This document shows, piece after piece, positions 1 through 10,539 of a stretch of 64,000 nt of DNA. The translations under genes and the position numbers were made by a program. This DNA is from a virus: positions 45,332 to 109,331 of IMG/VR virus record IMGVR_UViG_3300010158_000036. One strand, written 5' to 3'. Below the pieces are notes generated by a model. That model was not told the DNA's origin. It was given only the letters and a program-made list of their open reading frames with translations, and did not search any database. The first letter of the stretch is position 1. Every line of letters begins with the position of its first letter.

Positions 1-235
1 AATCATTATCAATATTGCCAGCTGAAGTTATTCCATATTGACATTTAAGATATTTATGATTTTCACTATCAAAAGTAATAACAAGTTGCCCCTTGCTATT
101 TTTCTCAAGAGCTAAATTCGTGATAAGAATTGGTGTTTGTGAATATTCCCTAGAGAAAATGCCAAAAGATTCAAGTTTGGAATCTGAGAATCGACTTAAA
201 TCTTCTGTATATTGTGGAGTAAAATAAAGTTTCAT
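1..235 (-). CDS. hypothetical protein, 3' end outside window
   Basis: ATG at 235 (MKLYFTPQYTED...), frame open to window edge. Confidence 0.6.
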   Translation of the reverse strand, partial: MKLYFTPQYTEDLSRFSDSKLESFGIFSREYSQTPILITNLALEKNSKGQLVITFDSENHKYLKCQYGITSAGNIDND

Positions 236-356
236 AATATAGTTTGTTTGAGATCATTAGGCTTTTTAAAAGCCCAAACACTATCAACTACAACCTGAGA
301 TTCCTCAGATTTGTTGTTAAACTTATCTTTAAACAATTTAATTACATTCATAAAAC

Positions 357-2333
357 TCAACCTTCAACCATTTTGATAAGGGCGTCTTCATCAATAATCG
401 GAATTCCCCACTTAATAGCATTTTTAATCTTACTTGAAGGTTTATCATCAATATTAGAAACCACGAGATAGTCAACATCGGCTTTCAAAGAATCTACAAG
501 TTCATAACCGGTCTTTGCAAGAGGCTCTGCATATTCATGCTTCTTTTTTCCGCTAAGAAGTCGACCCGTAATGCATACAGTTTTTTTATTCATATTAATT
601 GTATTCGTTTTTTTGTTTGTTATTAGTGTGATATATTTCAGAGTTTGTCGTAAAATACTTTCTTGATCCTTTAATGCTTTAAGAATTGTTTTCCCTACAT
701 TAGGTACCCCAGCTTTTCGTGCAAAGTCTTCATTCAAAAGACTATTATCGAACCAATGCTCAATATTTTCAAGTTCTGGATTTCCTTCAATCATTAGGGT
801 AGCTTTGCGTACACCCAGCGACCTCGTGCCAAATGCACCAAGAAATTCTGGAAGAGTCATTTCAGTTCCTTTCTTTGCAATCTCTTCGCAAATATTAGTG
901 GCACGAGTGAGTCCTAACCTTACGCGTCCATCTCCATCCATGAGCATATTCTCAATCATTTTCGGAGTAAGCTTATATAAATCTGGAACGGTATAAACAA
1001 ATTCGTTGGACACAAGCGCATTAATGATAGAATCACCAAGCCCTAGAATATTTCGAGAAGATACAAATCGTTTAATCTTCCCTGAAATTTGCGCGTCACA
1101 TTTAATATTTTCACAGAATAATACAACCGAATCATTTCCACTTGTATTTTTCCGATGGCTTAGAGGATGACCACATACCGGACATACCTTAGGAATTTCT
1201 ATATGAACCTGAATTGAAGGATCAAATTCAGATACCACGGAGATAATCTGTGGAATAATATCACCAGCTTTTACAACTTCAACCTTAGCTCCAATAAAGG
1301 CTCCAAGAGTTTTAATATTGGCGATATTAGCTAATGACGCTTTTTTTACAGTAGAGCCGCCGATGCGCACAGCTTCAATCATTGCAACCGGACAAATTGC
1401 GCCAGAACTTCCCACCTGCCATTCCACTGAATTAAGTGTACTGATACACTTCTCAGCGGGAAACTTCCAAGCTACCTGTCCTTTTGGCTTACGATCATTT
1501 CCAATACCAAGCGCTTTCTGTGTTGATATAAAATCGTATTGAATTATCGTTCCATCAATCCAAAACGGAAGCTTATCAGCATCACGCAATTCCTTCACTT
1601 TATTATAGAATACATGAACTTCTTCAAGAGTTAAATTTCCCTGACCCGGAACTGTCGTAAATCCAAGAGTCCTGAGAAATGACATCTGATCTGAAACTGT
1701 ATTCAACTCGAATTGATCTTTATCAGATTTGGATAGAAAATCAATGTCGAATGCAAGAGCTGTAATATATTGAGACTTCGCAGAATCGTCACGACCTAGA
1801 ATTCCGTTGGCGACAGCTCGCGGATTACTACTTATAAGAGGATCAGCTTTAGGCCAATCTTCAAGAGTGGTTACAGCCTCACACCGAATTGCCACATCAA
1901 TTTCATATGGAAGCCTAAGAGGAACTCCTTGAAAGTTTCCGGCTTGAATTGAAATATCTTCTCCTTCAATACCATCTCCTCGTGTAACTCCAGAAACCAG
2001 ATTACCCTTCTTGTAATATAGGGCGAGTGATCCACCATCAGCCTTATATGATACATGGAAACAATCTGTATTACGCCGATTTTTCTTCCAGTTCAAGAGT
2101 TCTTCGAATGTATGAACTTTCTCCTGAGACCCCATATGAATCTGATGCTTAGTTTTTACAGAATCAGATTTAAAAATTGAAGTACCAACTTGGTTCAGAG
2201 CCGGTTCTCCTGGATTAAATTCTCGAATTTCTTCTTCCAACTCATCGAATTGTGGATCCGACATAATTGGATATCCGGAATAATAAGTATGTTTGGCCTT
2301 TAAATACAAGGAGATTTTTTCTTGATAGTTCAT
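357..2333 (-). CDS. ligA: NAD+-dependent DNA ligase
   Basis: KADG adenylation motif, TRGDG, NPR, AWKF, KAGDIIP OB fold, CPVC..C..C zinc finger, HhH, C-terminal BRCT (VCITG...KAIKWGIPII). Confidence 0.97.
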   Translation of the reverse strand: MNYQEKISLYLKAKHTYYSGYPIMSDPQFDELEEEIREFNPGEPALNQVGTSIFKSDSVKTKHQIHMGSQEKVHTFEELLNWKKNRRNTDCFHVSYKADGGSLALYYKKGNLVSGVTRGDGIEGEDISIQAGNFQGVPLRLPYEIDVAIRCEAVTTLEDWPKADPLISSNPRAVANGILGRDDSAKSQYITALAFDIDFLSKSDKDQFELNTVSDQMSFLRTLGFTTVPGQGNLTLEEVHVFYNKVKELRDADKLPFWIDGTIIQYDFISTQKALGIGNDRKPKGQVAWKFPAEKCISTLNSVEWQVGSSGAICPVAMIEAVRIGGSTVKKASLANIANIKTLGAFIGAKVEVVKAGDIIPQIISVVSEFDPSIQVHIEIPKVCPVCGHPLSHRKNTSGNDSVVLFCENIKCDAQISGKIKRFVSSRNILGLGDSIINALVSNEFVYTVPDLYKLTPKMIENMLMDGDGRVRLGLTRATNICEEIAKKGTEMTLPEFLGAFGTRSLGVRKATLMIEGNPELENIEHWFDNSLLNEDFARKAGVPNVGKTILKALKDQESILRQTLKYITLITNKKTNTINMNKKTVCITGRLLSGKKKHEYAEPLAKTGYELVDSLKADVDYLVVSNIDDKPSSKIKNAIKWGIPIIDEDALIKMVEG

Positions 2334-2361
2334 ATATTATAGATTAGATAAATTCTTAAAT

Positions 2362-2757
2362 TTAAGCATAACCCGTAGAATTAATTACTCGAAATTTCAG
2401 CTTTTGTTTATTTTGGGCATGCATATCAAGATGATTCTTTGAAATCAGTTTTGAAATTCTCATGAGAGTAATAATATCAAAAGATAATAGAAACAGCTTG
2501 AATTGATATAGATTCGTATATTGTGGTAAATCATCATCTTGCTGAATATACGCCGAATTTTTAGAACGCAGCACACGGAATCTACTTCGATAAAAACTAA
2601 AATGTACAGTGTCTCCGTGGTTGAAATTCGAGAGAATCATACTCACGAGTGTATCATTACCGCGCAGGATTCTTTCCGGCCGTGTTAGATATCAGGTGAT
2701 CGTAATAGTTTCATCCTTGGGAGGAAGAATAGTTTCAAGCGTCATTTTTGTAATCAT
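2362..2757 (-). pseudogene. hypothetical protein with in-frame TGA
   Basis: ATG at 2757 (MITKMTLE...) is in frame with ORF 2362..2646 but interrupted by TGA at 2692-2694. Confidence 0.55.
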
Positions 2758-2884
2758 AATATTAAATGTCTGCAATTTTGTTAAGAATAACTCCAAGAAT
2801 CACGGTAACAATTGCAAGAGCAGAATAAAAGATTACTGCAACTTCGATTTCAATTTGAGATGGACTAATCATAATTTGTGGTAT

Positions 2885-2935
2885 TCCTTACGAAATCAAT
2901 ATACACTAAAACCTGAAACTTGTAAACGAAAAAGC
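2885..2935 (-). promoter_or_regulatory. early sigma70-type promoter (repeat family)
   Basis: GTTTACA-N17-TATATT then CGTAAGGA; T-rich UP element. Confidence 0.85.
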
Positions 2936-3063
2936 GCATAAAATGCGAAAATAATTTTAATCCATTGCAAATCAATTGGTTACGGATATTCATTAAAAAA
3001 CACTCGATTTAATGGTTTTGCCAGAGAATACGAAAAAACCGGAAAATCGTCATTTCCGATTTC

Positions 3064-3090
3064 ATAACTCATTGCAAATCAATGGGTTAT
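3064..3090. promoter_or_regulatory. quasi-palindromic IHF-consensus-like box
   Basis: ATAACTCATTG-CAAAT-CAATGGGTTAT contains WATCAANNNNTTR. Confidence 0.5.
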
Positions 3091-3456
3091 ATTCCGAGAA
3101 ATTCATAAAATCGTGAATTTCTCAATTTACGGGTAAATACCCATAACAAACTCAAATATGCTCTAGATTTGGGCTTTAATTCTTAGAATGTGCAAATTTA
3201 AACTTTTTTCTACCAATCTATCCCAATCGGAACTTTCAATTACTTTTACTGCTTTTATTTTCATATTTACTTAAATAATAGTTTTGGAGCATAATTTCTT
3301 GAAACAGATCTGCTGCGTCATCAACAGCATTTTGAAGGTTTTCAAGTTGAGTACAAGCTTCATCAAGAAATAAACCGATTTCAGTTGGTGTAAACTTTAA
3401 GTTATCTTCTAATCCTCGACACCAACTATTATAAGACGTTATTTTTTCAATGAGAG

Positions 3457-3735
3457 TCATAGAGCCTTAAGCAGTTCCAGTGTGTTCGCAGCTTGTTCGC
3501 TATCTTGTTCAAGAACTTTAGCCCATTCACTATTTTTACGAGTACTCCGGCCAAGATCCCTATCATGAATAATAAGACATTCTTTGGTGTGTTCAAGGCA
3601 ATTAGAAATAGATTGAATCGCCGCATAGATAGTATCTTTTTCAACTGTTATCATTTCTGGAATATAACCTTGAAATTTGGATGGTTCTACACGCTCGGGA
3701 TCTTTAACCTTAATGAAAAAACGGTTTGGTTTCAT
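3457..3735 (-). CDS. hypothetical protein
   Basis: co-oriented, tightly packed ORF; no recognised motif. Confidence 0.6.
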   Translation of the reverse strand: MKPNRFFIKVKDPERVEPSKFQGYIPEMITVEKDTIYAAIQSISNCLEHTKECLIIHDRDLGRSTRKNSEWAKVLEQDSEQAANTLELLKAL

Positions 3736-3850
3736 GAGTTAGTTATAATGAAGAATTGCAAGACCTATAAAAAAGAGCCCGAATGTGATCAGTGTGATCA
3801 GAGAGCGGCCAACAACATAATTTTATCATCTTGATCCATATAATTTCTTT

Positions 3851-4093
3851 TTAGGAATTTGCGTAAGTGCCGAACCGAGAATAATCAACTTCCCGAAGTT
3901 TATAATAAGTTCGTGTTAATGTTTTATCCCCTTTATTTGAAGCGATAATCCACCCATTCGGTTGCCGTGTTAGCCCCCAGGATGCGCCCAAACGGCGATG
4001 TAGAAATTTACCAAGCGCTGATGTAGGACTATCAGCCTCGATGATTATTTCCTGTCCATTTTTATCTAGTACGATGTATGTGCTATTTTTCAT
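3851..4093 (-). CDS. hypothetical protein
   Basis: co-oriented ORF in early operon. Confidence 0.6.
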   Translation of the reverse strand: MKNSTYIVLDKNGQEIIIEADSPTSALGKFLHRRLGASWGLTRQPNGWIIASNKGDKTLTRTYYKLREVDYSRFGTYANS

Positions 4094-4117
4094 AATGTAG
4101 TTTTCTTAAGAATGAAA

Positions 4118-4420
4118 TTAGGCAGGAATTGCAAGAATAAATTCTCCACAGCAATTCAGTACAGAATATCCTTGAAATACACCATTATTATATGGTGTAA
4201 CGTAATTGCCAGACGTACAAATCCAGGCACCCGAAATACCTAAAGTGTAATCAATCATATTGGATCCGGCGGATGCGGCGGGATGAAATGCACTATTTTC
4301 GTTTTCCATCACTGAGTCATACATTCCGTCAAATTTAGACTTAACGTTAATATAGAGATTTGCTCTATTTTTACGGACAAACGATTTGAGAGTTGCAATA
4401 GTTGTCTTTTTAGGATTCAT
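4118..4420 (-). CDS. hypothetical early protein
   Basis: first ORF after promoter at 4436-4490. Confidence 0.7.
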   Translation of the reverse strand: MNPKKTTIATLKSFVRKNRANLYINVKSKFDGMYDSVMENENSAFHPAASAGSNMIDYTLGISGAWICTSGNYVTPYNNGVFQGYSVLNCCGEFILAIPA

Positions 4421-4435
4421 GGTGTTGTGCTTGAG

Positions 4436-4490
4436 GTTTCCTTACGGGCTCAATATACACTAAAACCCATGACTTGTAAACAAAAAAGGT
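4436..4490 (-). promoter_or_regulatory. early promoter (repeat family)
   Basis: GTTTACA-N17-TATATT-GAGCCCGTAAGGAAACC. Confidence 0.88.
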
Positions 4491-4543
4491 GTGTAAAACC
4501 TGAAAATAATAGAATTCTGTTGCAAATTAAGGGTTATGAACGC

Positions 4544-4879
4544 TTATTTTTTGAATTTCTCTGATTCCATGATCATTTTAGCCAAATCCCGAGGATTTTC
4601 AATCTTTCTTAGCTTAGATTGATCACTTGATCTGGCTTTTTTGCCATCAATCCCACAAGAATTTTCAAAAATGAACCAGGAAATCCATCCTTCAATATCG
4701 GTCAGATCCAAGAGAATATCGAAGTTTCTCCAGATAGCTTCATATAGTTCTCCATTTATATCCATTGCACCAACATCAACTACGGCTTGGCAAGCTTTAC
4801 TAAGTCTCTGATAAGATTCTATAATATTAGTAATTTTCTTTTCCAACTCTTTAACTTGGGTTTTTTTCATAATTTCCAT
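4544..4879 (-). CDS. hypothetical protein
   Basis: co-oriented ORF, WISWFIFEN phage-type motif. Confidence 0.6.
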   Translation of the reverse strand: MEIMKKTQVKELEKKITNIIESYQRLSKACQAVVDVGAMDINGELYEAIWRNFDILLDLTDIEGWISWFIFENSCGIDGKKARSSDQSKLRKIENPRDLAKMIMESEKFKK

Positions 4880-5274
4880 TTTTCCTTTATATATTTTTCT
4901 CCATCAAAGTACCATAAATTCTTATAGCCGACCCCCGATAATACTCTAGCACAATTTTCACATGGTTTTGAAATTGCTGCACGATCATTATTATCAATAC
5001 GAATGTTATAAAATGAAAGATCGGAACAATCACTGAATCCCATTTTAATTAATGATGAAATTTCTGAGTGTAATGATGCAACATAATTATCTCCATTGGA
5101 CTTTATATAATCTGTGAACTTATGTCGTCGATGTAGCTTGTTGTAATTATTGGTCGCAAGACACAGCATCTTATTTCCTCGATATACAAATGTGCTATGA
5201 AACGATTTACCAGTCTGAGCTCCAAGTTTTAAGGCTCGTGCGATTTCCTCAAGTCTTGAAAAGTTAATTGCCAT
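4867..5274 (-). CDS. zinc-dependent cytidine/dCMP deaminase-fold protein
   Basis: HSE...KPCENC (HxE / PCxxC). Confidence 0.8.
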   Translation of the reverse strand: MAINFSRLEEIARALKLGAQTGKSFHSTFVYRGNKMLCLATNNYNKLHRRHKFTDYIKSNGDNYVASLHSEISSLIKMGFSDCSDLSFYNIRIDNNDRAAISKPCENCARVLSGVGYKNLWYFDGEKYIKEKWKL

Positions 5275-5364
5275 TACAATTTAAGAATTGCATTTGAAAA
5301 TAATAGAATTACCATAAATGCACAGATTAATGGTAGGAATTCATTATGAGTGATAAAGATAAAA

Positions 5365-5973
5365 CTACAAAGTTGGAACATATTCTTTAATATACTTAAA
5401 TAGTTCTAAGGTTTTTTCAACGTCATACATTGCATTATGTGCTTCACTTTCTTCAAATTTGATGCCTGCAGATTTACACACAGTCTCTAACTTAAAATTA
5501 GGCAATGCCCCCCGCACACGTTGAGTAAACCAAGCGGAGGCTTGCATTACACAAATAGTTGGTACCCAAAACCAAGATCCAAAATAGTTATCACCATTCT
5601 TAGCAAAAAATTCACGAATGAAATCAGAATCAAATGAAGCATTATAAGCAACCATTTGCATCTTATCAGTTTTATCATATTTGTTACAATGACGTGATAG
5701 AATCTTAACGAATTCCTGATAAGCTTCGCCTGCACTCATTTCGAGATTCTCTAGTCTTTCACGACTCATTCCAGTTTTTTCAGTGGAGCCTGCATCAATA
5801 TGTTCTAAAGATAATGGTCGAAATGTAAAATCGAATTTTTCCAAAACATTCAAATCAGGATCAGTGATAATACCAGACAACTGAAATAAATTGTGCAACT
5901 TTCTGTCAACACCTGTTGTCTCTGTGTCAATGAATATGTTTTTATATCCACTATAAGGGGTTTCTTTACTCAT
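5365..5973 (-). CDS. DEDDh 3'-5' exonuclease (DnaQ-like)
   Basis: IDTETTG, YNASFD, HNAMYDVE Exo I-III motifs. Confidence 0.92.
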   Translation of the reverse strand: MSKETPYSGYKNIFIDTETTGVDRKLHNLFQLSGIITDPDLNVLEKFDFTFRPLSLEHIDAGSTEKTGMSRERLENLEMSAGEAYQEFVKILSRHCNKYDKTDKMQMVAYNASFDSDFIREFFAKNGDNYFGSWFWVPTICVMQASAWFTQRVRGALPNFKLETVCKSAGIKFEESEAHNAMYDVEKTLELFKYIKEYVPTL

Positions 5974-6307
5974 GTGTTTTTTCTTTAAGAATTAAAGATG
6001 GATCTAAAATCAATGAAGGAATCTGTTTTACAAATTTGCGTTTACATATACAACCCTTGATTTCTGTGATTGTTCGAATTTGTGCAATCTCTGCTCGAAG
6101 TAATTCATTTTCGGCTTCAAGAGATGAAATGAGTTTTACTTTGGATTGGTTTATTCCATATGTCACATACGAATCATCAATGAGATCAGCTACACGGTTA
6201 TCATGATCTGTGAATAGAACATAATCTCCTTTAGGATCGGAAATCATTGTACCATCAAGGGGCTTGTATCTTTTGATGTTATCAATCATAATTATCTGCA
6301 ATACCAA
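5966..6307 (-). CDS. hypothetical protein (Ea22/Ead-like N-terminal motif, coiled coil)
   Basis: IKRY...GDYVLFTD motif shared with next ORF. Confidence 0.5.
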   Translation of the reverse strand: MVLQIIMIDNIKRYKPLDGTMISDPKGDYVLFTDHDNRVADLIDDSYVTYGINQSKVKLISSLEAENELLRAEIAQIRTITEIKGCICKRKFVKQIPSLILDPSLILKEKTHE

Positions 6308-6311
6308 TCCG

Positions 6312-6608
6312 TTAAAGGTTTCGTCTTATTTTTGTTCGCAATCCCATTACTCTAGCTTTATGAACTAAAGATTTTTCTTTAAGTTCACCAATCTCTTTTC
6401 TAAGTGCTTCATTCTCCACGGCAAATGCTAAATTAGATTCTCTGAGAATTTGAAGATCCATGGGAAGACAAACCATATTTTTATGAGCAACCAACCGATC
6501 TGCATAATTACTCATTTCCATATAATCGTCATATGAAACAAAACGACCCGTTGATGCTTCATCCATACTCCACTCATCATTAGGTTCATATCTAGTCACG
6601 TTTTGCAT
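6312..6608 (-). CDS. hypothetical protein (similar to 5966..6307)
   Basis: VTRY...GRFVSYDD and ENEALRKEI. Confidence 0.55.
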   Translation of the reverse strand: MQNVTRYEPNDEWSMDEASTGRFVSYDDYMEMSNYADRLVAHKNMVCLPMDLQILRESNLAFAVENEALRKEIGELKEKSLVHKARVMGLRTKIRRNL

Positions 6609-6948
6609 AAATTTATTATATTATATTTCCTTTTCAGTTTTTCGTAAAGTTTCTTCTCAGTTTCTGATTTTTTATCATTAACTTTTTTCACACGTTCAGT
6701 GTGAATCTGTTCATACTTGATTCTTTTTTGTATTCATTGTCAGTTTCAAGTCTATCTCCTGTGAGGTTAATTTCATCATAACCACCATCCCAAACACAAC
6801 CACGTGTGATACAAATATCATTGTAACCTTTGGTTGTGTAATATTCCTGCCACTCTGTAAGAGACTTAATGACGGAATCTATCGGTCCGTCTAAATCCAT
6901 AGCATTTAATATTTCTCTAATTTTCTTCTTCATATGATAATGCTTCAT
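6596..6948 (-). pseudogene. hypothetical protein, apparent frameshift at A6 run
   Basis: adding one A at 6724-6729 extends the ORF with RIKYEQ...LYEKLKRKY up to the next gene. Confidence 0.5.
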
Positions 6949-7019
6949 TTGCGATTTTTAAAACTTTCATCTGATGTGATCTCTTCATTATCTTTTAAAG
7001 ATATTAAAAATCTTCATGA

Positions 7020-7664
7020 TTATGCCATTCTAAGTGTTTGTACTTTTGTAACCATACCATCTTTAACAATAATCAATCCGGCTCTACCTGATAGAACTTG
7101 AATAGTGTCCCAACACCATAAAGACTCACCATTTTCCAACTTTAATTTGGAGAATATCTTTTCTTCATACGATGGATAATTATAGTGTTCAATTCTAACT
7201 AGTTCTGAAAAAGGTTGCGCATTTGGATATTCACTAATTGAAACAGGCGTTTTCAATAGAACGAATCCAGCATCATCTTTATCATATATGGAAATGACAT
7301 AAAATCTATCATCCATTCGTTTCCATTCCACATATTTATTATCACTTATTTTAGTGGAACAATATCCATTATTACATTTTTGATCTTCATCTGTAGGAGC
7401 TACAAGATTTAAATCTGAGCATTCATCACTGAACTGTTGCAACTCAGTGATAATACAATCAAGATCGTAAGAATGATCTCTACTAATGTGATAACCAAAG
7501 CCTCGTTTGGCTTCTGGCGTTAATGTAGCTCGCCACATCAATGCGCCATAAACATCTTCAAATGTAATTGAGAAGATGTATGGATTTTTGAATTTACCAT
7601 AGTTGATTAGAGTTTTAATTAATTCGATGTTCATAATTATTTTGTATTTATTGAAAATTGACAT
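7020..7664 (-). CDS. hypothetical protein
   Basis: 214-aa ORF, no recognised motif. Confidence 0.65.
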   Translation of the reverse strand: MSIFNKYKIIMNIELIKTLINYGKFKNPYIFSITFEDVYGALMWRATLTPEAKRGFGYHISRDHSYDLDCIITELQQFSDECSDLNLVAPTDEDQKCNNGYCSTKISDNKYVEWKRMDDRFYVISIYDKDDAGFVLLKTPVSISEYPNAQPFSELVRIEHYNYPSYEEKIFSKLKLENGESLWCWDTIQVLSGRAGLIIVKDGMVTKVQTLRMA

Positions 7665-7665
7665 A

Positions 7666-7860
7666 TTAATTTTTCTTCGCAGATACGCAAATCCAAGTCT
7701 TGATCAAAGTTGCATACTTATTATTTTTATGCCGTTCCTTAATCATTTTTAAAGCTGCAGATTTAGTCATTGGATTTGTAGTATGTGTTGGTGATAATCC
7801 AACTATCCATGCTACATATTTGCAGCCTGGAGCTAACCTCGGATATTCAGTGTATTTCAT
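7666..7860 (-). CDS. hypothetical protein
   Basis: abuts next ORF. Confidence 0.55.
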   Translation of the reverse strand: MKYTEYPRLAPGCKYVAWIVGLSPTHTTNPMTKSAALKMIKERHKNNKYATLIKTWICVSAKKN

Positions 7861-8002
7861 ATTTTATTTTAAAAATTACTTCGAATATTTTTCCATAAAT
7901 CAAAAACAGATTTGTAAATATCTAGTTGAGTTTGTGTCCAAGTTTTATCCTTACATGTTTCAAGAGTTAAGTTTTTAAATCCGCTGTCATAATTTAAGGT
8001 AA

Positions 8003-8055
8003 GGTTTCCTTACGGGTAATTCTACACTATTTTCGGTCTCTTGTAAACAAAAAAC
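8003..8055 (-). promoter_or_regulatory. early promoter (repeat family)
   Basis: GTTTACA-N17-TAGAAT-TACCCGTAAGGAAACC. Confidence 0.85.
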
Positions 8056-8076
8056 CACATAAAATCCCATTTATTT

Positions 8077-8553
8077 TTACCGATCTTTTAACCATTCGGG
8101 TTTATTCCGCTTTGACCATGAAAACAGATGTGATTTCTCGTGTTCATAGTAAGACCTATAAGATTTCACACAATCATTTGACCGATATTTCTCTGGCATC
8201 GCAAGGGCAAATGAAGTTCGATCTTTCTTTGGAAACTCCAATTTATTCATATTTTCCAAAATCCATGGAAGAACATCTCGTCCGGATTTATGAGTCTTTC
8301 CATATCTAAACTGAAATTCATCATGGAGAACAGATGCATATTCATGAACAAACAAAAAATTACTCAAAGATAATCTGCAAAATACAGAACAGGGATGATT
8401 TTTATGAGTTGCTTTATATGGAGCATTAATCCCTTGCAAATGAAATTGGGTACACATGAGTTGTGTAGCTTCAAGAATCATTTTTACAACATGTTTATCA
8501 ACATGATATTGCGCATTCCTAATAGGATCGGAATCGAGAATAAACAAGTTCAT
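8077..8553 (-). CDS. pyrimidine-dimer DNA glycosylase (DenV/endonuclease V-like)
   Basis: MNLFILD..P...HVDKHVVKMILE..Q, YKATHKNHPC, E...RYGK.H, YR.YY signature. Confidence 0.85.
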   Translation of the reverse strand: MNLFILDSDPIRNAQYHVDKHVVKMILEATQLMCTQFHLQGINAPYKATHKNHPCSVFCRLSLSNFLFVHEYASVLHDEFQFRYGKTHKSGRDVLPWILENMNKLEFPKKDRTSFALAMPEKYRSNDCVKSYRSYYEHEKSHLFSWSKRNKPEWLKDR

Positions 8554-8701
8554 AGTACAACACCAACTTCACGCAATGCATAATTAAGTTCACGATCATG
8601 AATGACCAATTTTTTAGCTTCTTCAAGATCACGACAATCCCATTCAAGAAGAATCCATGCTAGTTTATCAGCACGGTCTTTCTTTCTTTTTGCAATCTTA
8701 T

Positions 8702-8959
8702 CTATTTTATCCATGATTTATTTGTTATGATATGCTGCATTACTCGTTCAATCTCCTCTGCATATGCTCGGAAAAAATCAGCATCGGAATGACGACCCAT
8801 GGTATCTTCTTTATCCGCTTCAGATCGCATAGCTTTAGCCCATCTTATCGCGAATGTCGGATTATTAATACACTCACACATCAATCTCCAATGACGAAAT
8901 CCCAAATATATACCAAGAATTCGAACTGAGAAATAGAGGTTGATTAGTTTAAAAATCAT
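8702..8959 (-). CDS. hypothetical protein
   Basis: co-oriented ORF. Confidence 0.5.
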   Translation of the reverse strand: MIFKLINLYFSVRILGIYLGFRHWRLMCECINNPTFAIRWAKAMRSEADKEDTMGRHSDADFFRAYAEEIERVMQHIITNKSWIK

Positions 8960-9143
8960 AATTATACTTCTTTCACAAATTTTGCTTTGGCATAACTCCC
9001 AAATAAGGATGCTTTTTTTGTTGCTTTAACATCAGCTTCTTCTTTACTGTTCGCTCGAAAATCTAGGATAAGACCATCGAGAATTGAATTATCACAATTA
9101 ACAATTTTGTAAATAAACCGAAATTCTGGTACGTTTTCCATGA

Positions 9144-9455
9144 TTAATTCCAGTTCACAAATTTCTTTACTTTCACTTGAAGTGCTGGTTCTTCATCATC
9201 TGCGTAGATAATCATTTGATGTTTTGTTCCAGCCTTAAGATGACAGGGCACTGCAACAAATAACGGATCTTCTTGATGATAGTTTGGAGTCATCTCAATA
9301 AGATGTGTTGCATTTGGAAATAAAGATTTCATATTAGCATCAATCTCATAAAGAGTTCTCCATGATTTCCATCCATCAATTACTACAGAATTACCTGTGG
9401 ATTTCAAGCAGGGGCGAGTCCAAGAACAACCCGTGGATGTTACGAATGTGAGCAT
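9144..9455 (-). CDS. hypothetical protein
   Basis: co-oriented ORF. Confidence 0.55.
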   Translation of the reverse strand: MLTFVTSTGCSWTRPCLKSTGNSVVIDGWKSWRTLYEIDANMKSLFPNATHLIEMTPNYHQEDPLFVAVPCHLKAGTKHQMIIYADDEEPALQVKVKKFVNWN

Positions 9456-9461
9456 ATATTT

Positions 9462-9644
9462 TTAGGAAAGTTTATACTTAATAGACAACCGATCAATCAT
9501 GTCTTCAAGCGTTTGTGCTTTAGCTAACCAGAAGAATGTTTCTTTGGATTCATGACAATTATGAACATAAAATTTCCATGTTTTAAGAGCAGTTTCCTTT
9601 TCATATTCAAGGAATTCAAGTACTTCCGATAATTCGATTTTCAT
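9462..9644 (-). CDS. hypothetical protein
   Basis: ATGA overlap with upstream ORF. Confidence 0.6.
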   Translation of the reverse strand: MKIELSEVLEFLEYEKETALKTWKFYVHNCHESKETFFWLAKAQTLEDMIDRLSIKYKLS

Positions 9645-9916
9645 AATGGTAGATATACAATAACAAGATTTCTGACTCCTAGAATATTCACGGGAAAAAT
9701 AAATTCATTTTCAAATTTTCCAAATTCCCACGATATAACCTCTTCATCGCAGAGCAGATATAGACGAGCAATATTTCCGACAAGTAAGCACTGTATATTA
9801 TTATCATCAAGAATCGTTTTACCAGAATCAAGTACATCTAGCAATGTATCATCATCGATTGCAGGTGCAAGATAATTAGCACTTGCTTTGATTTGGTTAA
9901 TTAATAATGGTTTCAC
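9641..9916 (-). CDS. hypothetical protein
   Basis: co-oriented ORF. Confidence 0.55.
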   Translation of the reverse strand: MKPLLINQIKASANYLAPAIDDDTLLDVLDSGKTILDDNNIQCLLVGNIARLYLLCDEEVISWEFGKFENEFIFPVNILGVRNLVIVYLPL

Positions 9917-10131
9917 TCTTACTTAAAATTGAGTAGGATTCCTGTAATCAGTGGTGGTAAAATTATAACAATCGCAAGTGCAATGCTTAATTGATCTGTA
10001 GTCATAAATTGAATTATTTGTTTTTGCTGGTGATTAAATCATTCTCTAAAAGAGTTGATGGGTTATTAGTCAGGCGACCATTTCAAATCAATTGTCGTGG
10101 ATGTTAAAATTTCCTCAAAATCACAGAATTT

Positions 10132-10539
10132 TCACACCTGAATCAGAGAAATTCCAAAGGTTTTCGCCAATTCTGGAGAATTTGAGCCTGGATAATCCTC
10201 ATGGAAATAGATTTTTTGTACACTGTGAGCGATCAATAATTTCATACAAGCATCACACGGCATCGTCGTACAAAAAACTGTCTCTACTTCACCACGCTTA
10301 AAAAGACTGCACAGATTTTGTTCAGCATGAATTAAGAACTTTTGGCGTGCATCTCGATCCTCCCAGAAATGTTCATCAGGATTGAAACCGGATGGTAATC
10401 CATTATAAGATAAACCAATCACTCGATTTTCTTTATTGAAAGCCGCGGCACCAACTTGCCGAAAAGGATCTTCACTTCTCAATGCGGCTGTTTTTGCAAG
10501 TGCCATACCATAATCAATAATGTTAATTCTATTACTCAT
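10132..10539 (-). CDS. dCMP deaminase
   Basis: RSEDP..QVGA, YNG.P.G, HAEQN, PCDAC. Confidence 0.93.
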   Translation of the reverse strand: MSNRINIIDYGMALAKTAALRSEDPFRQVGAAAFNKENRVIGLSYNGLPSGFNPDEHFWEDRDARQKFLIHAEQNLCSLFKRGEVETVFCTTMPCDACMKLLIAHSVQKIYFHEDYPGSNSPELAKTFGISLIQV

